From Clostridia bacterium (GTDB lineage Bacteria; Bacillota; Clostridia; UMGS1840), in contig JAZQGY010000019.1 of NCBI GenBank assembly GCA_045540295.1, forward strand, positions 2,388 through 66,387: a stretch of 64,000 nt of DNA, written 5' to 3'. Positions 1 to 9,809 of this stretch are shown here, one piece after another. A model generated the notes under the pieces. That model ran no database searches. It saw only the letters and a list, made by a program, of their open reading frames with translations, and had not been told where the DNA came from. A program made the position numbers and the translations under genes. Every line of letters starts with the position of its first letter. Within the stretch, counting starts at the first letter, position 1.

Positions 1-29
1 AATTATAGCTTAACAATTCTACAACTAAC

Positions 30-66
30 AAAACAAAAAACAATGCTACATACCATATGTACATTG
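30..66 (-). terminator. possible intrinsic terminator after the oxidoreductase gene
   Basis: Imperfect AT-rich hairpin (caatg-c-tacat / atgta-cattg, 41-66) followed on the minus strand by TTTTTTGTTT (30-40), about 40 nt past the stop at 108. Confidence 0.3.
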
Positions 67-107
67 TGCCTTCCTCCTCTCAGAATACTTTCTACTTGAA
101 ACTTCCA

Positions 108-1394
108 TTATTTAGACTCAAATTGACTCAAATAAGTTCCCATATCCACAGTAATGCCTTGTTTACGGGCATCCTCCGCAGCAAAACAAATCAGATGACT
201 CATACAGGATACTTTTAAATCGGAAATGGAATCAGAGGGCTGTCCTAATGCCAGATAATCATATAAATCCGCCATAATACCCATATCACCGCCACCGTGT
301 CCGCCGGCAATGGTCTGGTCAAATCCTGCTTCAGGTTGATAAACAGAAGTGGTTTCGTGGGTCTTAAAGCTATAGAAGGTGACAGACTGTTCTTCCATAT
401 CCGCACGAAGTTCCCCTTCGGTTCCCATAATGGTGGTTACCCGACCGCCTTTATTAAAGCCAGACATGGTAAGAGAAGCATATTTATCTTCTCCGAACTG
501 CATATTCACAATCTGATGGTCAACCACATCATTATCACACTGATACACGCATCTGCCGTAAGGAGATGTTTTTAAGATTTCATCTAATTCATCATCGGTG
601 GGGTCAAATTTATTGGCAACAATCGCACGGAAATGTTGCACTTCCGCAGTGGGAAGACGGTATAAATCGGGAGCATAGTAATAGCAGGTATCTTTATGAG
701 GACATCCGTCCAGACAGCGTTTGGGAGCACCCTCCGGTTTATTCTTTTCACAAAAATAAGAGAGAGTACCCACAGACTGCACTTTGGTGCAAAGTTCCCC
801 TACCAACCACTGCAATAAATCGGTATCATGACAGCATTTTGCCAGAAGCATGGGAGAAGATTCGGATTCTTTTCTCCAGTTCCCTCTCACATAGCTATGG
901 CTGATATGTACATTACCAACGCCCTCGGTATGAATCATATTCATAATTTCGCCCATATTGCCGTCTGCAATAAATTTTTTGATTTCTTTATAGAACGGAG
1001 TATAGCGAAGCACATGACAAACCACGCTTTTTACACCGTGTTCCTCTGCCGCACGATACATTTTATAACATTCTTCGGGAGAAACAGAAATGGGTTTCTC
1101 CATCAGCAAATCATATTTCTTTTCCATCGCCAAAAGAGCAGGCGCATAGTGCATTTTATCCTGAGTGCAAATCATAGCAATATCCGCAAATTTGGGAAGT
1201 GCTAAAATGTCTTCATAACTTTCATAGCAGTTTTCCTGCGGCACGTTATACAAATCTCTTAAATATTCTCGTTTTTCACGGATGGGCTCTGCAATCCCAA
1301 CCAACTTAAATTTTTCAGGGTTCTGCTGCAAATATTTTAAATAACTGCTGCCACGGTCTCCCCCACCAATTAAAATCAGTGTTAACTGTTTCAT
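108..1394 (-). CDS. Gfo/Idh/MocA family NAD(P)-dependent oxidoreductase
   Basis: 428-aa ORF. N-terminal Rossmann motif LILIGGGDRGSSYL and EKP motif (LLMEKPIS) typical of the family. Confidence 0.85.
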   Translation of the reverse strand: MKQLTLILIGGGDRGSSYLKYLQQNPEKFKLVGIAEPIREKREYLRDLYNVPQENCYESYEDILALPKFADIAMICTQDKMHYAPALLAMEKKYDLLMEKPISVSPEECYKMYRAAEEHGVKSVVCHVLRYTPFYKEIKKFIADGNMGEIMNMIHTEGVGNVHISHSYVRGNWRKESESSPMLLAKCCHDTDLLQWLVGELCTKVQSVGTLSYFCEKNKPEGAPKRCLDGCPHKDTCYYYAPDLYRLPTAEVQHFRAIVANKFDPTDDELDEILKTSPYGRCVYQCDNDVVDHQIVNMQFGEDKYASLTMSGFNKGGRVTTIMGTEGELRADMEEQSVTFYSFKTHETTSVYQPEAGFDQTIAGGHGGGDMGIMADLYDYLALGQPSDSISDLKVSCMSHLICFAAEDARKQGITVDMGTYLSQFESK

Positions 1395-1429
1395 AATTCT
1401 CTTCTTGTTTCCTTTCTGCGAGTAATTTC

Positions 1430-2101
1430 CTAATTATGATGCGCTTTAAAATGTTCCATACACTGTTTCATACAAATTCCGCAAACCGAACCGCGTCCAA
1501 TGTGCATAAACTGTTTTTTCATATAATCGGAACAAGCTTTACGATCCAAAAGGGACAAATCGGGGGCGTCCCAACTGAATTTTTTACCATACAATGCTTG
1601 TGCAGGGCAACTTTTTACACAACGATTACATCCGTCACACAAGTCTTCCGACAGCGGCTCTCCCGTAGCTAAAGGCAAATTGGTGAACACTGTTCCAAGT
1701 CGAATGGCAGGACCGTATTGTTTGTGTAAAAACAAAGCATTTTTTCCAATTGTTCCAAGCCCTGCATAAACGGCTGCCTTTTTGTGAGAATATTCACCCG
1801 CATAGGTATTGTGACCGTTCACAGTCTGAGATGCAGGAATGGGAAAATAAAGTCCACCTTTTTCTTCTATTTTTTGTCCGCACAAAAGACCCAATCTGTC
1901 AATCAAAGCATTGGCTGTTTTGTAATGGTTGAAATAGGTATAGGTCGGCGCTGTGTCAATTTGAGAAATTACAAAATCAGAGAGCTTTACCACAATGGAA
2001 ACAGCATATTCCAAAGAATCATAAGACACTTTAGCAAAGCCAACATCCGTTGCACCGTTTTCCAATAAATATGATTTTAAATCTTGGGTAAACTGTTCCA
2101 T
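1430..2101 (-). CDS. QueG-like (epoxyqueuosine reductase family) 4Fe-4S protein, short form
   Basis: AGLGTIGKNALFL core and CDGCNRCVKSCPAQAL ferredoxin motif. Start moved to ATG 2101 (GAGGAA RBS), which removes the overlap with yraN. Confidence 0.6.
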   Translation of the reverse strand: MEQFTQDLKSYLLENGATDVGFAKVSYDSLEYAVSIVVKLSDFVISQIDTAPTYTYFNHYKTANALIDRLGLLCGQKIEEKGGLYFPIPASQTVNGHNTYAGEYSHKKAAVYAGLGTIGKNALFLHKQYGPAIRLGTVFTNLPLATGEPLSEDLCDGCNRCVKSCPAQALYGKKFSWDAPDLSLLDRKACSDYMKKQFMHIGRGSVCGICMKQCMEHFKAHHN

Positions 2102-2108
2102 AATTTCC

Positions 2109-2477
2109 TCATTGCAACACATTTTTTAAATGATTGATTTTCGCAAGTTTGAAAAGACCGTGATTTGTAAGACGAACCTCAATTACATCAAACCGACATT
2201 CACAGTCTCCACCGTGACGGGAAAGATAATACTTGGCGCTCTTTAACATATGCTGTTGTTTGTAATATGAAACTGCTTCTGCAGGAGCACCGTATTCGTC
2301 CGAAGTTCTGGTTTTCACTTCCACAAATACAAGGCAATCCTTCTCTTTTGCAATCATATCGAGTTCCCCTGCCCTGGTTCGGTAATTGGTTTCTAAAATC
2401 TGATAACCTCGCCGTCTGAGATAGTTTTTTGCTTTCATCTCACCCAGCTTTCCGATTGTCTGACGGTATTTTTCCAT
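2109..2477 (-). CDS. yraN: YraN family (UPF0102) endonuclease-like protein
   Basis: 122 aa. GELDMIAKEKDCLVFVEVKTR motif and the conserved position next to rnhB. Confidence 0.85.
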   Translation of the reverse strand: MEKYRQTIGKLGEMKAKNYLRRRGYQILETNYRTRAGELDMIAKEKDCLVFVEVKTRTSDEYGAPAEAVSYYKQQHMLKSAKYYLSRHGGDCECRFDVIEVRLTNHGLFKLAKINHLKNVLQ

Positions 2478-2478
2478 A

Positions 2479-3087
2479 CTATTTCTCCAGGATTTTTTTC
2501 AGAAATGTTTTTCTGTGAATAGGCGTAATGCCATATTGCTGGATGGCTTCATAATGAGCCTTCGTGCCGTAGCCTTTGTGTTTCGTGAAACCGTATTCGG
2601 GATATATTTTATCGTATTCCACCATTAAGCGGTCTCGGGTAACCTTTGCCAGAATAGATGCACAGGCAATGGAATAAGACTTGGCATCTCCCTTCACCAC
2701 CGTCTGATTAGGTGTAGTAATTCCTTTGTTACGATTGCCGTCAATTAACGCAAAATCCGCCTTTTGGGACAGTCCGTTGATAGCATTTTCCATCGCTTTT
2801 AAAGTGGCATTTAAAATATTGATTTCATCTATTTCGCAATTATCAATCAAACAAACGTGATAAGCAATTGCCTCTTTGACAATCTCTTCATAGAGAGCTT
2901 CCCGCTTCTTTTCAGTGAGTTTTTTTGAATCGTTTACGCCCTCAATACAGGACCCTTTGGGCATAATCACCGCAGCAGCAGCAACCGGACCACAAAGGGG
3001 TCCTCTGCCTGCTTCGTCAACGCCACAAATATATTGGTAGTCTTTTCCATCCCCGATTAGTTCTAAATCATCAACAAATTCGCTCAT
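2479..3087 (-). CDS. rnhB: ribonuclease HII
   Basis: 202 aa. GVDEAGRGPLCGPV active-site motif. Confidence 0.95.
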   Translation of the reverse strand: MSEFVDDLELIGDGKDYQYICGVDEAGRGPLCGPVAAAAVIMPKGSCIEGVNDSKKLTEKKREALYEEIVKEAIAYHVCLIDNCEIDEINILNATLKAMENAINGLSQKADFALIDGNRNKGITTPNQTVVKGDAKSYSIACASILAKVTRDRLMVEYDKIYPEYGFTKHKGYGTKAHYEAIQQYGITPIHRKTFLKKILEK

Positions 3088-3935
3088 AATTCCTCCGGAG
3101 TTTCCAAACTGATGTTACCAAAACGACCGTTTTTAAAATCATCTAATACCGCATTGGCACAACGCTCATAGTCAGGGTCGTTTTTACTGAAAATATAGCC
3201 ACGTTTATAGGCAATTTTATCATACACCGTCAGTTTATCATCGTCTGATTCTAAGGTGATTTTATAACGCTCTACCAAAGCTTTGGCATGATTACAAAGC
3301 AGATAATCAATCAGGTACACACCTAATTCTTCCACATCCAGAATCTGACTTTTAATAGCACCGGTAAACGCAAGATGTAACGATACTTTTTCATCACCAA
3401 GTTTCGGCCATAATATTCCGGGGGTATCCATCAATTCAATTTCGTTAGAAACTTTTACCCACTGTTTATGCACAGTGACCCCCGGACGATCTTCGGTTTT
3501 TAAGCGTTTATTATTTGCCATACGGTTTATAAATGAAGATTTTCCGGAGTTGGGAATACCAACTACCATAATACGAATCGGCTTAAAAATTCCTTTTTCA
3601 CGGTTTCTGGAAAGCTTTTCCTTTAATAATTCTTTTAAATCAGAGGTAATTCTCTTTAACCCTTCACCGGTTTCACAATTGACCTTTAGCGCTAAAATCC
3701 CCTGTTCCTTGTAGTAAGATACCCAGCTTTCTGTCACAGTATCATCTGCCATATCAGATTTATTTAACAGCACAATTTTCGGCTTATTCTGACACAGCTC
3801 ATCGATATCGGGATTCTTTGAGGAAATGGGGATTCTTGCATCCAACACTTCCACCACGGCATCCACTAATTTTAAATCCTCGGAAATTAAGCGTTTGGTT
3901 TTCGCCATATGTCCGGGATACCAGTTGATATTCAT
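3084..3935 (-). CDS. rbgA: ribosome biogenesis GTPase A (YlqF/RbgA)
   Basis: 283 aa. Circularly permuted GTPase motifs (LNKSDM then GIPNSGKSS, DTPG); 4-nt overlap with rnhB. Confidence 0.9.
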   Translation of the reverse strand: MNINWYPGHMAKTKRLISEDLKLVDAVVEVLDARIPISSKNPDIDELCQNKPKIVLLNKSDMADDTVTESWVSYYKEQGILALKVNCETGEGLKRITSDLKELLKEKLSRNREKGIFKPIRIMVVGIPNSGKSSFINRMANNKRLKTEDRPGVTVHKQWVKVSNEIELMDTPGILWPKLGDEKVSLHLAFTGAIKSQILDVEELGVYLIDYLLCNHAKALVERYKITLESDDDKLTVYDKIAYKRGYIFSKNDPDYERCANAVLDDFKNGRFGNISLETPEEL

Positions 3936-3964
3936 ATAAATCCTCCCGATTTTTTAGTTGATTC

Positions 3965-4687
3965 TTAATATAACAAACCGAAACTGCCAAGGGGCCAGAA
4001 TCTGAAAATCGCCTTTCCGATAATGTCCTTATGATTTACCATGCCAACCGTTGCTTCATAACGGCTGTCAACACTGTGATTACGGTTATCCCCTAAAACA
4101 TATACATGTCCTTCCGGGACCGTCATCGGATATTCTTCGGTGGAGTATGATCTGGGATCGGTTCTGATGTAGTCAGCGATATAATCTTCTTCCAACACTT
4201 TGCCGTCCACATATACATCATAATACTTGGAGTTATCCTCCGGGTCGATGTTCATTTTAAAATCAATTGTCTGCCCGCCAATTGCAATGATGCGTTTGAT
4301 ATATGGCTTGTTATCGCCTTTGGGATTTAACACAATGATATCTCCATTGGATGGCGTATAACCTAAATGATACACCACCAACATATCCTTATCCTGCAAG
4401 GTTGGTTCCATGGATGGACCGCTTACCTGAACAGTTCTGCCTACAAAGGTGGTTAGTAAAAATACCACTAAAAGAGCAACCCCTAAACATTCTATCCATT
4501 CCAGAAGCTCTCTTTGCCAGGTTTTTTTCTTTTTTTCCTTTTTCTTTTTTCCTTTTTGGGGATTGGTTTCTTCCTCACTGTTGCCGGCTGAGATGTCTTT
4601 AGCAATCACTTCTTCACAAACCTCTGCAGCTTCATTTTTCTCCGAGAAAGTTTCCTGCACCTTTTCATTTTCTGCCTCATAGTTCAT
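3965..4687 (-). CDS. lepB: signal peptidase I with acidic/poly-lysine N-terminal extension
   Basis: SGPSMEPTL catalytic Ser box, KRIIAIGG Lys box, GDNRNHSVDSR. The track start (4726) is a TTG without an RBS; ATG 4687 follows AAAGGGTG. Confidence 0.9.
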   Translation of the reverse strand: MNYEAENEKVQETFSEKNEAAEVCEEVIAKDISAGNSEEETNPQKGKKKKEKKKKTWQRELLEWIECLGVALLVVFLLTTFVGRTVQVSGPSMEPTLQDKDMLVVYHLGYTPSNGDIIVLNPKGDNKPYIKRIIAIGGQTIDFKMNIDPEDNSKYYDVYVDGKVLEEDYIADYIRTDPRSYSTEEYPMTVPEGHVYVLGDNRNHSVDSRYEATVGMVNHKDIIGKAIFRFWPLGSFGLLY

Positions 4688-4750
4688 ATTATAACACCCT
4701 TTCTGAAACATCGGATTATAATCCAAAAATACACATTTTTATCCTCTTCT

Positions 4751-4779
4751 ATTTTATCAAATGATACCTTGGATGTCAA
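4751..4779 (-). promoter_or_regulatory. sigma-A type promoter for lepB
   Basis: Minus strand TTGACA (4779-4774), 17-nt spacer, TAAAAT (4756-4751). Confidence 0.55.
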
Positions 4780-4819
4780 CTGATTTCAAATATTTTTACG
4801 ATTTTATTGCAATTTCTTA

Positions 4820-4848
4820 TTGACTATTTTTACAATTTATTGTAAAAT
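4820..4848 (+). promoter_or_regulatory. sigma-A type promoter for citrate synthase
   Basis: TTGACT (4820-4825), 17-nt spacer ending in TG, TAAAAT (4843-4848); about 80-nt leader to ATG 4932. Confidence 0.5.
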
Positions 4849-4931
4849 AAAATGTAAGATTATAATTTAGGACAAGGATATATGCCTCTTTATAAAAAAG
4901 GCTCCAAAGCGCACTGAAAGGAGATATCAAT

Positions 4932-6284
4932 ATGAAAGAACCTCATATGACTCAAGAATACTTTGAACATTTATCAGATAAGGTAAAAGAATTTTCTCAG
5001 ATAGACACTTCTCTATACGGAAAATACGATGTAAAAAGAGGCCTTCGTAATGCAAACGGAACCGGTGTTCTTGTAGGATTAACCACCGTTGGTAACGTTA
5101 GCAGTTATATTATTGAAAATGACGAAAAAATTGCAATCCCGGGTAAACTTTCATACCGCGGTATTGAAATCCGTGATATCATTGCAGGTTTAAAAGGGAA
5201 ACGAATGGGCTTTGAAGAAGTCATTTTCCTGCTCCTGTTTTCCAAGCTTCCCAACAAAGAAGAATTTGAAACTTTTTGTGACAACATTGCAGCATATCGG
5301 GAACTCCCCTTCGGCTTTGCTGAAGATATGATTTTAAAAGCACCCAGTAAAGATATTATGAACAAACTGGCACGCGGTGTGTTAGCGTTGTATTCTTACG
5401 ATGAATCCCCCGATGATACCAGCATTCCTAACGTCATCCGACAAATTATTGCTTTAATTGCCCGCCTAAGCACCATTGCAGCGTACGGTTATCAGGCAAA
5501 AAGACATTATTACGACGGAAAAAGCTTGGTAATTCATCACTGTAAAGATGAATACTCCATTGCTGAGAACTTTTTGCGTTTAATCAGAACCAGCAGAAAA
5601 TTCACTCCTTTGGAAGCTGAAATTCTCGATTTAATGCTGATTTTACATGCAGAACATGGCGGCGGTAACAATTCTACATTTACCACCCACGTGGTTACCT
5701 CTTCCGGTACTGACGTATATTCCGCAATTGCCGCAGCAATCGGCTCTTTAAAAGGTCCCCGTCACGGTGGTGCCAACATTAAAGTGGTAGAAATGATGGA
5801 AGACTTATGTCAAAATGTTCAGAACTGGGAAAGCGACGCGGAAATTATGGCATACTTAGAAAAAGTCCTTGATAAGAAGGCTTACGATAAAAGCGGCTTA
5901 ATCTATGGTATGGGACATGCAGTTTATACAATTTCTGACCCCCGTGCAGAATTACTCCGTGAAAAAGCAAGGGAGCTTGCTGAAGAAAAAGGAGCGATGG
6001 AGCAATTCAAAGTATATGAAGCTGTTGAACGGTTAGCTCCTATCGTTATCAATCGCAAAACCAGCAAAGACATTTGCGCAAATGTGGACTTATACTCCGG
6101 TTTTGTGTACCAAATGCTGAATATTCCCAAAGAACTCTTTACGCCGCTCTTTGCGATTTCCAGAATTGCAGGCTGGGGTGCACATATTTTAGAAGAGATT
6201 TCTATGAACAAAAAAATTATGCGTCCTGCATACAAATGCATTTCCATGGACAACAGCTATATTCCGTTGGAAGACAGACAATAA
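4932..6284 (+). CDS. citrate synthase (Si-type family)
   Basis: 450 aa. HAEHGGGNNST, GPRHGGAN and GMGHAVY motifs; AGGAG RBS 8 nt upstream. Confidence 0.9.
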   Translation: MKEPHMTQEYFEHLSDKVKEFSQIDTSLYGKYDVKRGLRNANGTGVLVGLTTVGNVSSYIIENDEKIAIPGKLSYRGIEIRDIIAGLKGKRMGFEEVIFLLLFSKLPNKEEFETFCDNIAAYRELPFGFAEDMILKAPSKDIMNKLARGVLALYSYDESPDDTSIPNVIRQIIALIARLSTIAAYGYQAKRHYYDGKSLVIHHCKDEYSIAENFLRLIRTSRKFTPLEAEILDLMLILHAEHGGGNNSTFTTHVVTSSGTDVYSAIAAAIGSLKGPRHGGANIKVVEMMEDLCQNVQNWESDAEIMAYLEKVLDKKAYDKSGLIYGMGHAVYTISDPRAELLREKARELAEEKGAMEQFKVYEAVERLAPIVINRKTSKDICANVDLYSGFVYQMLNIPKELFTPLFAISRIAGWGAHILEEISMNKKIMRPAYKCISMDNSYIPLEDRQ

Positions 6285-6337
6285 TTTGACGTTCCCAAAC
6301 ATAGAAAGGAACTGTGACATAATCACAGGGTGTTAAC

Positions 6338-7816
6338 ATGAATTTGAGTGTCTCCTACATTTTAATGGTGGCCGGCATTCTTCTTGCAAAAGCGATGGGC
6401 TTTTTGCGAGAAATGTTTCTAGGCAACAATTTTGGAACCGGGATTACTATGGATATTTATGCCCAGGTATTTTCTGTTGCCAGCGTTATCTTTACGGCGC
6501 TGGGAGTCGCTCTGTCTACCTTTGTAATTAAAAGCATTAACAATAAACTGTTGGATAATAAAAAAGAAGAACGCGAATTTGTTGGTTTCTTCTTCAAACG
6601 TGCTCTCGTGTTTTCACTTATCGGAACAGGCGCTTTATATCTGCTTTCCTATCCCATTACCAAACTATTGTTACCCGGATTGGTAGGAGAAGATTTCAAC
6701 ACAGCTCTCAGGCTGTTTTGGATTATGCTTCCCTCTCTTAGCTTTATTGTGTTGACTTACACAGCCATGGGGCTATTGCAAAATAAGAATAAATTCTTTA
6801 TTACATCCATTGTCAGTCTTCCTTTTAACTTGCTCATTATTGGCAGTATGCTGCTGGGTGTAACCGATATCTACACATTGGGTACTGTAACCACGTTAGG
6901 TTGGGCTGCACATTTTCTGTTCCTGTTCCCGTCTTTGAAAAAAGAAGGCTACAAATTATGGAGCAAAACCAACCAGGCAGAAAAACTCCGTTCTGTAAAT
7001 CCAATGGAAATTTTATTCATTCTGATTTCCAATATGGTTTTTCAGTTTTTATTTATCATCGACAAATCTTTCGCAAGTGTCAATGAAGGATTTCCGTCGG
7101 CGATTCATTACTCCAGCACATTATTTACTACGGTATCCAGTGTATTTTTGGTTGCAATGTCGGCTGTCTTCTTCCCTTCTTTAACCAAAGCCATGAAAGA
7201 CAACGACTCCGAAAAAACTAACGGGCTGATTCGTTATGCTCTCACATTTTTGTTTGCTATTTTCATTCCGTTTTTGGTAATCGTGGGGATTTATCACAGA
7301 GAGATTATTACGTTATTATACCAACGAGGTGAATTTCAAGCAGAGTCAGTAAATCTTGTAGCTCCCGCTTTTCTGATTTATTCATGTTGCGTATTCGCTT
7401 TTATGACACAGGAACTGCTATTTAAGATTTTTTATGCCAAGGGCAAGTATTTGATTACAGTCCTTTCTGCAATAGGTATTCTGGTAGCAAACACAGTTTG
7501 CAACTATTTCTTCCAACACTCCTTTTACGGAATTGTAGGCTCAACCGCAGGCGTTTGTATTCTGTTTTCCGTAATTATGTTTATCCTGCTCATTAAAGAA
7601 ACATCAGGCTTTATCAATAAGCAGTTTATCAAAAACCTATTTATTATCATTGCTTCTTCTTTGGTATTTGTGCTAACGCATATCATCTTTCAATTTACTG
7701 TTGGCTACACAGGAAAAATGGTATTTATCATTCCTATTTTAGCCGGTTTAGTGATTTACCTTGGCATCCTTTTTGCAACAAAAATTGTAAAACAATTACT
7801 CTCCAAAGAAAATTAA
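6338..7816 (+). CDS. murJ: MurJ/MviN-type lipid II flippase (MOP superfamily)
   Basis: 492 aa, about 14 predicted TM helices. N-terminal LAKAMGFLREMFLGNNFGTG resembles the MurJ signature. Confidence 0.75.
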   Translation: MNLSVSYILMVAGILLAKAMGFLREMFLGNNFGTGITMDIYAQVFSVASVIFTALGVALSTFVIKSINNKLLDNKKEEREFVGFFFKRALVFSLIGTGALYLLSYPITKLLLPGLVGEDFNTALRLFWIMLPSLSFIVLTYTAMGLLQNKNKFFITSIVSLPFNLLIIGSMLLGVTDIYTLGTVTTLGWAAHFLFLFPSLKKEGYKLWSKTNQAEKLRSVNPMEILFILISNMVFQFLFIIDKSFASVNEGFPSAIHYSSTLFTTVSSVFLVAMSAVFFPSLTKAMKDNDSEKTNGLIRYALTFLFAIFIPFLVIVGIYHREIITLLYQRGEFQAESVNLVAPAFLIYSCCVFAFMTQELLFKIFYAKGKYLITVLSAIGILVANTVCNYFFQHSFYGIVGSTAGVCILFSVIMFILLIKETSGFINKQFIKNLFIIIASSLVFVLTHIIFQFTVGYTGKMVFIIPILAGLVIYLGILFATKIVKQLLSKEN

Positions 7817-7852
7817 ATGCTTTATACTATAAAAACGAAAGGATTCAAAGCT

Positions 7853-8284
7853 ATGAAAAAAACAAAAGAAAAAGTTGGCGGTTTTATCGCTGAATTCAAA
7901 GAGTTTGCATTGAAGGGCAACGTCCTTGATATGGCAGTCGGTGTTATTATCGGCGGTGCATTCAAAGACATTGTTTCCTCATTGGTTGCAGATATCATTA
8001 TGCCTGCAATCGGACTTCTGTTGGGTGGCATTAACTTTGCCGAACTGTCCTACACCTTTAACGGAGCTGTAATTAAGTATGGCGTATTTATCCAAAAAAT
8101 CATTGATTTCTTAATCATTGCAATGTCCATCTTTATCTTCATCAAAGTTGTGGCTTCTTTAACCAGAAAAAGAAAAGAAGAACCCAAAGAAGAAGAACCT
8201 CCGAAGAAAGCAGATGACATTGTTCTGTTAGAAGAAATCAGAGACTTACTGAAAGAAAAATCCAAAGACGAAACTCTAGTTTAA
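7853..8284 (+). CDS. mscL: large-conductance mechanosensitive channel
   Basis: [23 protein letters not shown] signature. Start moved to ATG 7853 (AAAGGA RBS). Confidence 0.95.
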   Translation: MKKTKEKVGGFIAEFKEFALKGNVLDMAVGVIIGGAFKDIVSSLVADIIMPAIGLLLGGINFAELSYTFNGAVIKYGVFIQKIIDFLIIAMSIFIFIKVVASLTRKRKEEPKEEEPPKKADDIVLLEEIRDLLKEKSKDETLV

Positions 8285-8316
8285 GTTCGTAAAAAAATAA
8301 CTATTTAGAATAACGT

Positions 8317-8355
8317 AAGCCACCTGTAAAGTTACGAAAAACAGGTGGCTTTTTA
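8317..8355 (+). terminator. intrinsic terminator of mscL
   Basis: Perfect 11-bp stem aagccacctgt/acaggtggctt (8317-8327 / 8341-8351) followed by a T-run. Confidence 0.8.
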
Positions 8356-8440
8356 TCTGTCTTTAACCGGTCAGGAATATTAGAATCCACTTCCTTAAGT
8401 GCTCTTGCAACGATTTCACTGCGTAATTCTTTCTTGAAAT

Positions 8441-8471
8441 AAAAAATGGCAAGCACCTCTTAGTGCTTACC
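8441..8471 (-). terminator. intrinsic terminator ending the divIVA-lspA-rluD-thioesterase array
   Basis: Minus strand ggtaagcac-taagag-gtgcttgcc (one G-U pair) followed by ATTTTTT; 20 nt after the stop at 8491. Confidence 0.7.
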
Positions 8472-8490
8472 ATACTTGGAATGAATCAAG

Positions 8491-8883
8491 TTATCGGATG
8501 GAAAAACCGGTTATTAAAACGGTTGCAGCAAGATTGTTTAATTCATCGGTTACGGTAATTGTGTAACAATTTGTAGAGCGACCGTTTTTAATACATTTTG
8601 CAGTGGCAATTAAACGTTCCCCTTTTGGTCTTCCTAAAAATGAAATGGTAGAATTTAAAGATACCCATCTTGGTTCCTGATGATTGGTTGCAACAGCATA
8701 GCAAAAATCTGCTAAAGTAAAATAAACACCGCCCATTACTCCGCCAACCGCATTTTTATGCCGATCAGAAAGTGTCAAGCTGCATTTTGCATAATTTTCA
8801 GCAACTTCATCAACCGTCATTCCGTTTTCGGTTGCAAAGCGGTCATTTGCAAAAAAGGCACGAATTTCATCTAACGTTTTCAA
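8491..8883 (-). CDS. PaaI-family hotdog-fold thioesterase
   Basis: 130 aa. Size and the GGVMGGVYFTLADF motif typical of PaaI/YbdB-type thioesterases. Confidence 0.7.
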   Translation of the reverse strand: MKTLDEIRAFFANDRFATENGMTVDEVAENYAKCSLTLSDRHKNAVGGVMGGVYFTLADFCYAVATNHQEPRWVSLNSTISFLGRPKGERLIATAKCIKNGRSTNCYTITVTDELNNLAATVLITGFSIR

Positions 8884-8896
8884 TTTGCGAATCCTC

Positions 8897-9799
8897 CTAA
8901 CGGTTTAACTTATTTAGCACATTTTGAAAATCCGATGGAAGTTCGGAAGTAAACTCCATATACTCTTCGGTTTTCGGATGAATAAAACCAATTGTTTTAG
9001 CATGAAGAAGCTGCCCATTCTGAAACAGTTTTTGTTTTTTTGCACCATATACCGGATCTCCGGTAACCGGATGACCAAGACTTGCCATATGCACTCGAAT
9101 CTGATGGGTCCTTCCGGTTTCCAAACGGCATTTCACCAGGCAGTATCCTTTGTATCGCTCCAAAACACGATAATGAGTCACCGCATTACGAGAATTTTTC
9201 AGTGTAATTGCCATCTTTTTGCGGTCTTTTTCACTGCGTCCGATTGGCTTGTCTACAATACCTTCTTCATCTTTAAGCACGCCGTCCAGCAAGGCAATGT
9301 ATTCCCGCTTCACTGAATGTTCTTTGATTTGTTCTGCCAAACAAAGATGAGCAGCATCTGTTTTAGCGACCAAAAGGATACCACTGGTATCCTTATCAAT
9401 GCGATGAACAATTCCGGGACGGATAACACCGTTAATGGAAGAAAGCCGTCCTTTACAATGATACAGCAAAGCATTCACCAACGTCCCGTTAAGATTACCG
9501 TTGGCGGGATGCACTACCATTCCCCGTGGCTTATTGACCACAATTAAAGAATCATCTTCATAAACAATTTCCAACGGAATATTCTCTGCCGTAACTGAAA
9601 GTTCTTTCGGCTCGGGAATCTGACAAACCACCACGTCGCCGTCTGAAAGCGTCGTCTTTTTCGTGCAGGCATTACCGTTTACGGTGATATGACCTTCCTC
9701 AATCAGCTTTTGCACAAAACTTCTGGTTAAATCAGGACAAGTATCCGCAAGATATTTATCAATTCTAATTTTTTCAGTTGTCGAAACAATCAGCTCCAT
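8897..9799 (-). CDS. rluD: RluA-family 23S rRNA pseudouridine synthase (RluD-type)
   Basis: 300 aa. N-terminal S4 domain, HRIDKDTSG catalytic Asp motif, GRTHQIRVH. Confidence 0.9.
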   Translation of the reverse strand: MELIVSTTEKIRIDKYLADTCPDLTRSFVQKLIEEGHITVNGNACTKKTTLSDGDVVVCQIPEPKELSVTAENIPLEIVYEDDSLIVVNKPRGMVVHPANGNLNGTLVNALLYHCKGRLSSINGVIRPGIVHRIDKDTSGILLVAKTDAAHLCLAEQIKEHSVKREYIALLDGVLKDEEGIVDKPIGRSEKDRKKMAITLKNSRNAVTHYRVLERYKGYCLVKCRLETGRTHQIRVHMASLGHPVTGDPVYGAKKQKLFQNGQLLHAKTIGFIHPKTEEYMEFTSELPSDFQNVLNKLNR

Positions 9800-9809
9800 A
9801 GGTTAACTC

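Noticed and set aside
6312-6328. Hairpin ctgtga-cataa-tcacag between citrate synthase and murJ
   Set aside because: The stem is only 6 bp with no following T-tract, and it abuts the murJ RBS. It is not a convincing terminator or riboswitch.
8356-8480. 51-aa minus-strand ORF (GTG start; ...KKELRSEIVARALKEVDSNIPDRLKTDKK...) between the two convergent terminators
   Set aside because: It starts inside the thioesterase terminator stem, has no spaced RBS and reads through the mscL terminator. It may be a relic of an old gene, but nothing supports a live one.
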